NCBI GenBank assembly: GCA_034780895.1
Contig: JAUZTB010000001.1
Location: 97,611,500-97,675,499, forward strand
Source of the DNA: Rhynchobatus australiae
Lineage: Eukaryota
Reading direction: 5' to 3'
Length of the DNA stretch: 64,000 bases
The notes under the pieces were generated by a model, which saw only the letters and a program-made list of their open reading frames with translations, was not told the DNA's origin and searched no databases. Made by a program: the position numbers and the translations under genes. Positions 14,101 to 26,289 of the stretch are shown piece after piece; within the stretch, counting starts at the first letter, position 1; each line of letters begins with the position of its first letter.

Positions 14101-14719
14101 CATGTGCACGATGCACATTGGATTAAAAAATTGCTCACATTCCTTTTCAAAATGTGTAAATTAATAATCTGCGAAAAGAATCATACTTTAAGCAGAAATT
14201 GCTTTACAAAGTTATGAAGAATTTAGAAATGGTGGTTATTCACAGCAATTTCTTATGGTGCTGTGGTTCCTTTATTGAAAAGAAGAGCTGTACTAATGAT
14301 GCTTAAAACGTATGCCAAAAATAGGAAGGGACCTGCCCTATCTTAATAGCACAAAAATTACTATGCATTCAGATACGTTACGCAGAGGGAAGACAAAAGA
14401 AATAGGACAGCTTATGTGTTCTTACTGATACTAACTCCTTTGGATGAAAAAGATCTGTTGGTTAAATCTGAGGTTGCAATCATTATGNNNAATACAGATA
14501 AATTCCAGCTAGTGCCTGGATAGCTGTAAATATTCTCATAAACAAATGCTCATTTGCAGTTGCCAACTTTCCTAAACATTTCTATTTTCACAATTATTTT
14601 TCCTGATGGTTACAGCACTTGAAATGTTTAAAGCTGTGCATTGAAGTACATTGATAAATAGGAACTGCTTCCTGTACTTTCCCAGTTATTAGCAGGAAAT
14701 CAGCCCTAGTATGCCCCAC

Positions 14720-15250
14720 ACTATTGAGCCTTAGTGCATTTACTTGTAAAGGGCTGGCCCAGCCCTATCCAACCTGAGCCTGAAATGTTCCCTTTTTTTG
14801 TCATAGCTGGCTTGAGATGGATTCTGTTGGATTCTATTGGATTTGGGTCAGGTAGCCAGTACCACCGACTGAAAAAGTTCAGAATGGATTGGGTGCTATC
14901 AGTTGGGCTGCTTTGTTCAGAATTATTTTGAGCTTCTTGAGTGTTTTTAGATCTGACTTNNNNNNNNNNTTGTCCAGGCAAGCAGGGAGCACTCCTTCAT
15001 ACTCTTGAGTCAGAATGGTGGAGGGGCTTTTGGGAGTTGGAACATGAGTTGCTTGCCACAGCATGTGTAGTCTCTTATAGCCAGACTACGTACTTGACTC
15101 CTGTTGAAATTTTTAGTCAATAATAATTCCCAGGATATTGATGTTGGTAGATTTTTTGATGGTGCTATCATTGAATATCAAAGGGAGGTGGTTTGACCTT
15201 TTTTTGTTGGAGATGGTCATTGGCTGGCATGAATGCAGAACATACTTTCA
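14720..15250 (-). mobile_element. Ancient CR1/L2-group LINE fragment
   Basis: Degenerate peptide TLKKLKIILNKAAQLI and RT-like sequence nearby. Confidence 0.5.
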
Positions 15251-17469
15251 TCAGAAGGTAGCAAGTTATTAAATAAGTCAGAAATTATATTTAGCAATGA
15301 AAAAACAATTCAGTATGTAGAATTATTCTCCATACCATATTGGATTTCACTCCTTAAAAGGTAAATGTATTAGACTTTTCAAAGCTCCTGCGGATGTTGT
15401 ATTTGTTATTATTATCAGGAGATATGTCAGTAGGGTTCATAATGATCTACTTGCCAATTATCCCTCTTCATGGTGAAAATCTAACCCTTTACTGACTTTC
15501 ATTCTTTCACCCTTTCAGCAACCTTATAAAATAAAAAATTCTAACAGAAGTCTCATGACTAGCACCTTGTAACACTGCTGCACAATCAATTGAATGAAAC
15601 ATTTGACCCCACTTAGATGCAGCACTAGCAGGTTTGTGGTCTAATAGCAAAATACTGCACCTGCTGGAAATCTGAAATAAAACAATGCTAGAAATACTCA
15701 GTAGTCAGGTAGCATCTATGGAGAGAGAAGTNNNNNNNNNNNNNNNNNNNNNNNNNNNNNNNNNNNNNNNNNNNNNNNNNNNNNNNNNNNNNNNNNNNNN
15801 NNNNNNNNNNNNNNNNNNNNNNNNNNNNNNNNNNNNNNNNNNNNNNNNNNNNNNNNNNNNNNNNNNNNNNNNNNNNNNNNNNNNNNNNNNNNNNNNNNNN
15901 NNNNNNNNNNNNNNNNNNNNNNNNNNNNNNNNNNNNNNNNNNNNNNNNNNNNNNNNNNNNNNNNNNNNNNNNNNNNNNNNNNNNNNNNNNNNNNNNNNNN
16001 NNNNNNNNNNNNNNNNNNNNNNNNNNNNNNNNNNNNNNNNNNNNNNNNNNNNNNNNNNNNNNNNNNNNNNNNNNNNNNNNNNNNNNNNNNNNNNNNNNNN
16101 NNNNNNNNNNNNNNNNNNNNNNNNNNNNNNNNNNNNNNNNNNNNNNNNNNNNNNNNNNNNNNNCTACACTGTCTAAACTATGGCCCAGTGTCCATATTTA
16201 GAAGAACCCTGGGGAAACGTATGTTCACAACACTGATTTCAATTACAGATACATTCAAAGTTTAACCATAGTAATCTGTCAGCACCAATATCTCACATTC
16301 TTCAAATGTAAATTAACTTGGAGACTTTCTGTTACAAGACTAAACGGCCAATAAAGATGAAGTTTTAGAAACTGCTAAAAGGTATGAATGAAAGGAGAAT
16401 TCTTGCATTCCTTTCAGATCTCTGCATCACTACAAATACTTCAGTTGTAGGTGCCTTAGAGAGACGGATATATTTCTAATAAAAAGTTTTGATGAAAGAT
16501 AATTGAGCGGAACCATTAACTAATTCTCCCTCCAGAGGTGCTCTCTGGCCTCCTGAGTGTCTCCATCATATGCAGTTCTTTTTTTTCAGAATTTTGGCAA
16601 ATGCAGTTTTTTGCCTTTTGATATAATTTGGACATTGCAGTACTTTGCCACTTCCTGATACCTTCTATTAAAGCCTCACTACCCTTGGATTGTGTGAGAA
16701 GCATGAAGGTTGAACGCTCCTCCTGTCAAAGCAGCCCAGAGATCCTGAGCTGTTAAGAGCAGGATACCAAGTAGAAACTGCCTCATTATACTCTTGGAAT
16801 TCAAAGAACACTTTGTATGCAATAATTCTTTTGATCTTCTCTGTTGCCTCTGAACATCAACCAATAGAGAAGTGGCTTCAACAAACAACCTAGACAGAGT
16901 GACTAAATTACAAGTCAAGTTCATGCTGCTTTATCTCAAGACAGCACAAGCCAACCTAAAAACCTGCAACAATCAGAACAAAACATGCTTGCTCAAGCTC
17001 TTTGTAAAGGGAGAAGACCTGGAAGATAAGAAAAAGTGTATTAAATTGTAAAGGCATTTAAAAGGTTAACTGTGGAGAAACTTTTTCTGCATGCTGGTGA
17101 GCCTTAAACAAAGAGGGCAATAATAGAAGTAATGGACCAAAAACAAACTTGATGTGGAATTTCCTCCCACATTAAAGCAAACTGCTGTCAGAATGAGGAA
17201 TGTACTGGCATATTGAACGATCATAGCAGATATTATTCATGCTCTTTAGAGCAAGCATGGTGGTCAGATGGGAGAAGAGGGACTAGAGATAAAAAAGGGC
17301 ATGATGGGAAGAGATAAAGTGGGAAAGGAGTCGTGGAGTTTATTGTTTAGCACATATTGGTTGGTCTAAATTATGCTGTGCTGTGGTTTCTTTATATTGG
17401 AGCTAATTAGCACTGAAACCTTCAGAATAGAAAATTCTTAAGCAATATATATAAAGATGTAGAACAGAT

Positions 17470-17950
17470 ATAGTAGAGCAGCCACCTTACAGCTCCAGCA
17501 ATTTGGGTTCAATCCTGACCTCTGGTGCTGTCTGTGTGGAGTTTGCATGTTCTCCCAGTCACCAGGTGGGTTTCCTCCCATATCCCAAAACTGTGCGGGT
17601 TGGTAGGAATGGGGTCAGTTGGCCATTATAAGTTATCTCTAGTATGTAGATGAATGGTAGAATCTAGGCTGTAGTTGAGACTTTTGGGAGAATAAAATGG
17701 GTTAGGGTAGAATTAGTGTAAACATGNNNNNNNNNNNNNNNNNNNNNNNNNNNNNNNNNNNNNNNNNNNNNNNNNNNNNNNNNNNNNNNNNNNNNNNNNN
17801 NNNNNNNNNNNNNNNNNNNNNNNNNNAGGCTGTAGTTGAGAATTTTGGGAGAATAAAATGGGTTAGGGTAGAATTAGTGTAAACATGGATGTTGGTAGTC
17901 AGAATGGACTTGGTAGGTTGAACGGCCTGTTCCCATGCTGTATCTCTGTG
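17470..17950 (+). mobile_element. tRNA-derived SINE spanning a gap
   Basis: gggttcaatcctgacctctggtgctgtctgtgtggagtttgcatgttctccc... and tail ggcctgttcccatgctgtatctct. Confidence 0.8.
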
Positions 17951-19559
17951 ACAATGTTTAACACCAAACAAGTATAACAAAAAGCAACAATTTGCATTAA
18001 AAAATTGAGGATCTTTAAAGCAGAAGCAGAAGGCTGTCATAATCAAACACTTATACTAATAAAGGTGTTTTTCTTACAGCGCTTAGATATTCTTTTAAAG
18101 AAACCTATCTGACTTTTAGTACTAATCTGTTCTTTACCACTGGGTTACAGAATGGCCAGCATATAGAACATAGAAAACCTACAGCATAATTCAGGCCCTT
18201 CGGCCCACAAAGCTGTGCCAAACATATCCCTATATTGAACAAGATATTTGCAAAAATGTTCTCTCCTTCATTCTCTGGCTACAGCAGATGTGGAAAAACA
18301 AAAACAAAGACTGTTAATATTAATGAAATCCAAAGTACTGCACTCATCAGTCTCACTGCTAAAATAGAAATGCCGTGCCCTAGTATGAGTCACGTGACAT
18401 CACTTATGCAACAGTGACAATCAATTCACTCCCACTCTATGATACTCAGCCTTTACTGACTCTCACACTCCATTAAGCCATGAAAATACCAAAGAATCGA
18501 CTGGAATATTCTGGATCCTCAGCAAGCATAAACTGGACAAAACAAAAAGACTTATTCGTAGCTTTATATAGAATGCAGCATGCATCCTCAAGTCTCCTAA
18601 ATGCTTTACAGCTTCTATTATGGTTTACATTTTTGTATGCCCTCTATAATACATTCCTGGTTATTTTATCTTGAAGATAGCTGTATGGATCGTGAAGTTA
18701 TTAGTAGATTTTACAATTTCTTTGAACTCAGAGCAAAATTGTTAATTGGTGTCTGCAAATCCAGAACATTCAAATTAATCTTTTTTTTACATCTTGCTTC
18801 ATAAAGTATACTTCTGCATTCAAAAAATATTTTGCTTGAGAGGCACTAACTTTATTAAGTAATGTTTGTAAACTTAGTATCAATAAAAATAGCAGCAATG
18901 TGGTTCAGGAAATCATTTCAAGATCTCAGAAATAAGATCTATGATTCAACTAATTCTTAATTTTTTTTCTCCCCAAGTTTAAAGCAAACTCTCAATGTTC
19001 CTCAAATGCTCATACTCTGCTGAAGTCAAGTATGTATTCTAACCGCCTAATATCATAAAACACTAACTAATTTTTATCACATATGTGGGCAGCATGGTTT
19101 GGTACCACACTGTGATGTCTATTTTGAACTGTTCTATTCGAGCAGTTTTTCTAACAGTGGTTAAAGCACATTTATGAAGGAGCAGCTGTGGAACAGGACA
19201 TTGTCATTGCTGAGGTACAAGCAAATGAGATTACAATATATTTTTTTCATACTTCCAAATATTAAAATATATGTCTATTGATGTTCTGTTCACTTCATAC
19301 TTCACATTTTAAAGTGTTTATGCAGTAATTTAAATCCACCAAGTTTTCTGAGGCTGACTTTGTCACTTGTAAATTGTTTGTTCAACCTGATTTGTGCTGG
19401 TGTATTTATTAGGTCAGACTGCAAAACATGATACATTCTTTGTTTCTGCTGCAGATAATTGCAGCCAATGTAAATCAGCAACAACCATTCACAGTGCAGT
19501 AAAGGGATATTGCTTTCAAACCAGAATTGTGAAGTAAAAGCTGTTCTATACAACAGAAA

Positions 19560-20460
19560 GTAATTGTCTTCGGGTCGAATATGCAGTTAAAAATACAGAT
19601 TATATTGTTTGAGATACCTTGCCAGGGTCTAGGCTGACCTGCATTTATGCTGTATTGTGGCTGACCACACCTTTTAGCAGTGGTTGCAATGGTGGTCTCA
19701 CAGGTAATGGATCTGGTTACGAATCAACAGTCCTTTGACCTGGATATTTTGTCGCAATGAGAACTTCTCCATCGCTGACCTGTAGGGTTGTTGAAGACAT
19801 TGTACAATTTGGCACTTTTTACCACTTCAGTCAGAAGTCTGGAGGGGTTGTCCAGTTTACTGTGCTGGATCGTCCAGTCATATTAATAATGCAGTTGAAG
19901 ACACTGCCCACAAATGGCAGGGACATCCGTAGCAGTCAAAGATATGGTTGGTGGCTGCCGCCTCATTGCAGGTATAATATGTGAAAATGCTCCACTCTGG
20001 CCCATCAGTGTGTATGCCCCACCTCTGAGGAAAGAATGGCTAACCATCTTTTGGAACCTCCCACTGCTTCTGTGGTTGTCCTGCCACATGTTGGCAGCCA
20101 CTTCATTGTCAGTGTGGCTGGCTAATCCAGCAGGGCACACAGCAAACTGCGCAGCACCTTCAGACTCCTGATTGAAATGGTAAAATATGTCAAAGTTGTG
20201 TGATGTCTTCAGCAACCCTATCACAGGAGCACTGCAGAAATACACAGTTGAGACCAAGTGGAGCAGTCTGGAGTTGACAGACTTCCAGAATGTGTCCCAA
20301 TTATTCATGGTCAGACCCACAGATGTCAAGCCAGTGTTGTTCTCCTCTGACTTCTGCCTTGGGCTGGCTGAAAGTCCCAACTGGAAGACAAGAAGGCTGA
20401 GTTGAGAAGGTGTATGGTGGCTCCAGAAAACATTAAAGCACTTGGAATGAAGAAAACCTC
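19560..20460 (+). mobile_element. Tx1/L1-clade LINE relic, APE endonuclease region, with an internal inverted duplication
   Basis: Peptides VKDMVGGCRLIAGII..APLWPISVYAPP.RKEWLTIFWNLPLLL and SKLRSTFRLLIEMVK...CDVFSNP. The inverted arm encodes FNCII, similar to the GDFNC motif. Confidence 0.7.
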
Positions 20461-20849
20461 CCATCTATCAATTCTGCTTACTTGTCAACATTTTATACAG
20501 TGGTATTAGGGAAATGGAAGCACTTGAATTAGCTAAATTAAAAGCCAATGCAAACCTTTTAAGGCTGCATTACTGCCACTTGTTTTCCATGCTGTACATC
20601 AGGGTGAACACTATGGTTCTAAAAGTCCCTGTCTTCTGTTAAATGCATTGGTTAAATTAGAAGTAGTATAAAAATGATATAATAGCTTTAGTCTGTGATA
20701 TTGACTATTAAGTCTTTCAATGACCAACATAGCTAACAGAAGATAAATAAACAAGACACCAAATTTTCTAAAATTGCCTATATTCAGGTAAAGTTCCATT
20801 AGATTGGGAAATTGTAAGTGTATCTTCTTTAAAAAGAGTGACAAAAAGC

Positions 20850-21750
20850 AATAAACTAAAGGCCAGTTAGCTTAACTTGTGTCAGAAGGGAAGTGTTGGA
20901 GACTACTATTAAAGATGTTATAACAGAGCAGAAAAAAATCAAGGCAATCAAGCAAAGTCAACTTGGTTTTGTGAAAGGGAAAACATGTTTGACCAGTTTA
21001 TTGGAGTTCTCTGAAGAAGCAACGTGGGCTGTGATAAAAGGGAACCTGTAGATGTATTCTATTAAGATTTCCCGGAAGCTTTTTGATAAGGTGCTACATC
21101 AAAGGTTATTATGGAAAATGATGCAGAATGTAACCCATTGGCATGGATAAATTAACTGGCTAACAGAAAACAGAGAATAGGTGTAAGTTGTTTTTTTCTG
21201 GTGGGTAGGATATAGTGAGTGGTGTGCCACAGGGGATGTTGCTGGGGCCTCAGTTTGTTTACAATTTGTATAAATGACTTGGATAAAAGGATCAAAGGTA
21301 TGATTGTTAAATTTGCTTGTGACACAAAAGGCAGGCAGTAAAATAAGGTGTAAAGAGAACATAAGATGGCTACAAATAGAAAGGAATAGGTAAGGCAAGT
21401 GAGCAAAGATCTGGCAAATGGACGATGATGTGGGAAAATGTGGAATTGTCCACTTTGGCAGGGAAAATAAAAAGAAGCTTATTATCTATAGTGATGAAAG
21501 ATTGCAGAACTCTGAGATACAGTGGGATCTGAGTGCATGACTCTGAGGAGGGTCAAGAGTTTTTGGAATTCTCTTTCTCAAAGAGTGATGCAAGCAGAAT
21601 CTTTGATTTTTTTTAAGCAGGTAGATAGATACTTGATAAGTGAAGGGTGAAAAGTTACTGCTAGTAGACAGGAATACAGAGTACAGGTAACATTCAGGTC
21701 TGATTAAATGGCACGGCAGGCTTGAGGGGCTTGGTGGCCTACTCCTAATT
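20850..21750 (+). mobile_element. CR1 LINE fragment (RT plus 3' end)
   Basis: Degenerate GFVKGKTCLTSLLEF, gtgccacagggatgttgctggggcc (VPQG), KFA.DTK, and a CR1 3' UTR. Confidence 0.8.
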
Positions 21751-22039
21751 TGTTCATCTACATTCATTTGGGTTTGTTTACATGTATGTTTAACCTATTC
21801 CAGTTAAATGGACTTCAAAAATCACACTTTTAATACAATGACTGTTCATGGATAGGAACCAGGCTGACTAACTGATGTGACAATACAGCCTATAGGACAT
21901 GTACAAATAAAACTTTATTCTTTTGCTATAGAATGTAATTGCCTCAGTGACTAGCACAAAATTCGAATTTGATAACATTTTCTTTCCTTATGCATGCACT
22001 AAGCAACAGCATTGAAAGTAATGGCGAACCTCCCACTCT

Positions 22040-22970
22040 ACTAAATTGATGAAGAAGAGTCAATAGATGTGGTAAACATGGACTTTAGCAAAGCTTTTGA
22101 CAAGGTCCCACATAGTAGGTTAGTCCAGAAAGTTAAAGTACATGGAATCTGAGGTGTGTTGGCAAACTGGATACAAAATTGGCTGGGTGAAAGGAGGTGG
22201 AAGATAGTGGTGGACAGTTGTTTTACTGACTGGAAGTCTGTCACCAGTGGTGTACCACAGGGGTCATTGCTGGGGCTTTTGTTGTTTATCATATATATAA
22301 ATGACTTAAATAAAAATGTAGGTGGTCTGATTTGTAAGTCTGCTGACAACATGTTAATTGGTGGAAGGTTGTGAGAGGATACAGAGGGACATAGATCAGC
22401 AGGAAATTTGGGTGGAGCGGTGGCAGATGGAATTTAACCCAAATGTGAGGCAGTTTATTTTAGAATGTCAAATACAGTCAGGACATATACAGTAAATGGC
22501 AGGGACCTTGGGAGACCTTTGGGGTGCAAGTTCATAGTTTCCTGAAAATGGCAACACGGGTGGATAGGGTAGTGAAGAAGGCATTCAGCATGCTTGCCTT
22601 CACAGGCTGAGGCATTGAGTATAAGAATTGGAACATCATGCTGCAGCTGTACAAAACATTGTTTAGGCCACATTTAGGGTATTGTGTACAGTTCTGATCA
22701 CTACACTACACTGAGGATATGGTAGCACAGAAAGAATGCAGAGGATATTGCCTGGAATGGAGGGCTTCGGTTACAAGAAGAGATTGGAAAGGCTGGATTG
22801 TTCCCACTGGAGTGTAGAAAGCTGAGGGGTGACCTTACTGAAATTTATAAGATTATGAGGGGCGTTGATAGGATAGATGGTCCTTTGCCCCCAGAGTCTA
22901 AAACTAGATGGTATAGGTTTAAGGTAATTTAAAGGAGATATGAGGGGCAAGTTTTTTTGCACATGATGGT
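22040..22970 (+). mobile_element. CR1 LINE fragment (RT to C-terminus)
   Basis: MDFSKAFDKVPH, WIQNWL, SGVPQGSLLGLLLFIIYINDL. Confidence 0.88.
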
Positions 22971-23591
22971 GGTTATAAGTGGCAGTGGACTGCCTTCTTC
23001 AACTGTTTCAGTCCCTTTTGGTGAAGGTATTATAAATCCAGGACTTACTCTCAGTAACAGTGAAGGACTAGCAATATGTTTCCAAGTCCAGATGGTGTGC
23101 AACTTGGAAGAGAACTGATTTTCCTCCTCTCGTGATAACTTTTGGTCAATCGTGAATAGTGATTTCAGTAGGCAGAGCACAAAACAACATACAGAACCAC
23201 TTTAAAAAGAAATATTGTGCAAAGTGGGAATAAAACGAGGCACTTCCTCATTTTGTGAAAGCTTGTTCATCTTTTCTAGAAGTGAGATTGGCCCATACGA
23301 TAGCACCATCAGCGTTGTCTGTTTGGAGCTACTAGTGTTGACCTACTTCAATGTTTTTGACTTTGTAGCGTAGCCAGGTACTTCTGCCTGAGCAGCATGA
23401 CATTCTCTACTGTCTCTAATCTTACATACAGAGCATCGAATTTGATGAAAGGACATATTAGCAAAATCACACTGAGATTTAAAATCAAATATTTTAATAC
23501 TGAAGGCAAATAGTCATATTTGCATAAATTTAAATGGAAGACACCAGTGAGCTTGTGTTCCAATTCATGAAACTCTTCCCTCTTCCAACAG

Positions 23592-23697
23592 ATGCAGAAG
23601 GGAACCTGTGTCGAAGCAGTCACCTGTTACAGGTAACTCTGTCAATGCACCGCTTCAATGTATCATCAACAGAGCTGCTGCAGAAGCTCATCACGTT
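23592..23697 (+). CDS. RASGRP1: RASGRP1 exon 3 (REM domain): (D)[34 protein letters not shown](L)
   Basis: Acceptor ctcttccctcttccaacag. 106 nt. Similar to human [36 protein letters not shown]. Ends at U12 donor ATATCCTTT. Confidence 0.93.
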
Positions 23698-25354
23698 ATA
23701 TCCTTTTGCTGTAATAATGCTTGATCTGCAAAGCAGGCTAGAATGTAACAGTAGCCTAGATAATAAACATGATGGGCAGGCGAGATGATGTTCACTTCAN
23801 NNNNNNNNNNNNNNNNNNNNNNNNNNNNNNNNNNNNNNNNNNNNNNNNNNNNNNNNNNNNNNNNNNNNNNNNNNNNNNNNNNNNNNNNNNNNNNNNNNNT
23901 TGTCTTGTTCTTTTTAGATATATTGCCGGGCAGCCACATTTCCAACTTGTGAACTGTTTGGGTTATGGAGAGCTGTCAGGAACAGAGCCCTGTTGTAACC
24001 TGGGGAGGACCTGTATTTGGAAGCTGAGATGGGGGGGGGGGGGGGGGTGGATAAAATTTTCCTGTTGCTTCTGTCTACTTTAACCAATATTAAAATGTTC
24101 AATCTTTACAAAGCAGTCAGGATCAGTTTAACTGCTAAAAACATCTTCCCCTCCTCCCTCTCCCAAATGCAAGACAAATGAATATGAACAATCAGTTTGT
24201 GATTCCTGCAATTCCATTTTGCAATACTTAGCCTCACAAAATCATGTGAAAACCAGTGCAGCTGTTTCCTCTAAGGAAAAAACATTCTACTTAAACCCAA
24301 GTTTTATCCATGACACAAAGTGGACTCATACAGATTTTTTTTTACGCACAGGAATACAAATTAAAGCATGGCAAGATAATGTTTGGCCCTCAAAGTTTGT
24401 GTGCAGAATAAACACCAATCATTCTAATCCTACTGGCCTGCCCTCATCACACATCCATTTAATTAACTTTCCAACTACCACTAATCTAAGCTTTTCTGAA
24501 TTGTTGATGTGACTTGTGGATCAATCTTTATCTCTGCAATGGATTCAACATTCATTAGTTTCCCCTTCTTCATGTCCTCAGTTATTTATATATTGTTTGT
24601 GACTTTATTGTATAAAAATATCAAGAAAAAACATTTAATGAACGTGATACTTAATTGCTCAAAGAATATATTTGGTTTCCAATCTGAATCTAATACAATG
24701 TATATCTTTAAAATGTTAGTTGTGATAAATTTAAGAAGTGATACACTCATGGTGTGAAAGATTATCATGCACCATCCAGACTTGGAGAGATATTACTACT
24801 CTTGCATTGTTACTGGATCAAAATCCTGGGACTCTAACAAAAAGAAGGTAGGAAAACCTTTGCCACATAGAGTGCCTCCTTTTCAAGAGCAGTTGGAGGC
24901 TGGTACAAGTTCCAAACAATACCCACATTCCAAAAGTGAATAAAGTTTTGTATTCAGCATAAAAGAAAAGCAGTTTACAATAAGAAGAGATACAAGTGGC
25001 AGGCTACATGCAAATAGCTCCAGCACTTGTCACGTATGCAGATTATTTGATTAGTTCTAGAAAATGAAAGTTTAGTTCACATCTCATCTCTATACCTTGA
25101 ATTATTTGAAGCCTTTGGCAATGACATCAGTCATTATTCTAATCTTTTTCTTCCCAATAAGGTTGCTCTTTAATTATATTGGACAAAAATCTGGTCAAAA
25201 ATTTGGATTCTATCATCTATATTCTATCATTTATACTCACCTTTGTGGATTTTATTTAATGTTCCTCATACAAATTCAGTTTCCACTCAGAGTTTGTGAA
25301 ATAAAAAGTTGAAAATATATCCTCCCCAAATTCACTCTACCCCTTGAATGTCAC

Positions 25355-25620
25355 CCCTACTCAGTTGGTGGTGCTCTTCTTTTTGAATAAGAAGATTGAG
25401 AGTTCAAGCACCACTCCAGAGGACAACAATCTGGACTGATCCTGTAGTGCAGTACAGAGGGTGTAGACTGATCAAGGTGGTGTCTTTTGGACACAATCTT
25501 AAATTGAGGGCCCGTTCGCCCACTTGGTTAGATCTAAAATGATACTAGAATACTTTTTCAAAAATCATGCGAGTTATCCCTGAGTGTAATATGGTCACAG
25601 ATTATGTGTTGTAAATCATT
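25355..25620 (+). mobile_element. Deu-domain (SacSINE1/AmnSINE1-like) SINE relic
   Basis: gttcaagcaccactccagagg...gtgcagtacagagggtg...ggtggtgtcttttgga...taaattgagg resembles the DeuSINE core as I recall it. Confidence 0.55.
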
Positions 25621-26289
25621 TTGGAATCCCATTGGTTCCAAAACAACTTGATGCTTTTGTTGCAGTTCTGTCAATACAAAATCAGATATCTCAATTTCAA
25701 TGCGAATGAAAGATTTTTTTTAAAGAAATTGCTTTGCTGTGTCTTTTATGTTCCTTTAAATCCACCAAAACTGAAAAGTTTTCTATTTTGTTCACCCTCA
25801 TGTACTTATCTAGCTTCCTGTAAATGCAACAATACTATTAGTCTCAACAATTACTTGAGGCAATAATTTCCATTTCTGACCCCTCTGTGAAAAGGTGTTT
25901 CTCCTGAATCCTTCATTGGAATTACTACTGTGAACTTTTATTAATGGCTGCACTTTTGTATTCCCTATGTCCCCCTCTCTATGCCTATCCTCCTAAAAAC
26001 CCCCAATGGGTCATCTGTCAATCTTTTCTGTTCAATCTGGTGTAATCTCTCAGTTGTATCATTCTGGTAAATTTTTATTACACTATATTTCAGCACCTTA
26101 ATATCCTTTTCGTAATATGAATTTGAGAGCTGTATGCAGATATCCAGGTTCAGTCAGAATTTCATACAAGTTTAACATAACTGCCCCATTCTGTTCACTT
26201 AAGTGATTTGTGCACCTGTATCTCCTGATCTCTGGGGTGACAACTTAGTTACTAACTATTAATGTGACTTCCTACACTGATACCTAAGT

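Noticed and set aside
17470-17540. tRNA gene
   Set aside because: The B-box-like motif belongs to a SINE head and there is no cloverleaf.
4000-19000. Scattered TGTGGT (RUNX) motifs as a T-cell enhancer
   Set aside because: These 6-mers occur at roughly chance frequency with no clear cluster. An enhancer cannot be supported from sequence alone.
19883-20464. 193 aa minus-strand ORF as a gene
   Set aside because: It is antisense to a degenerate Tx1/L1 fragment and has no domain or splice support.
1-23591. RASGRP1 exons 1-2 ([22 protein letters not shown]-like)
   Set aside because: No convincing match found by eye. They are probably upstream of the window or in a gap. The DLVTNQQSFD-like string near 19710-19740 is part of the Tx1 relic and lacks a donor.
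23534-23788. ORF 23534..23788 as a complete CDS or alternative start
   Set aside because: Only 23592-23697 is homologous to RasGRP1. The flanks are intron read-through.
24030-24050. Poly-G/poly-C runs (also 46216-46240, 47363-47374) as functional G-quadruplexes
   Set aside because: Simple homopolymers prone to sequencing error, with no functional evidence.
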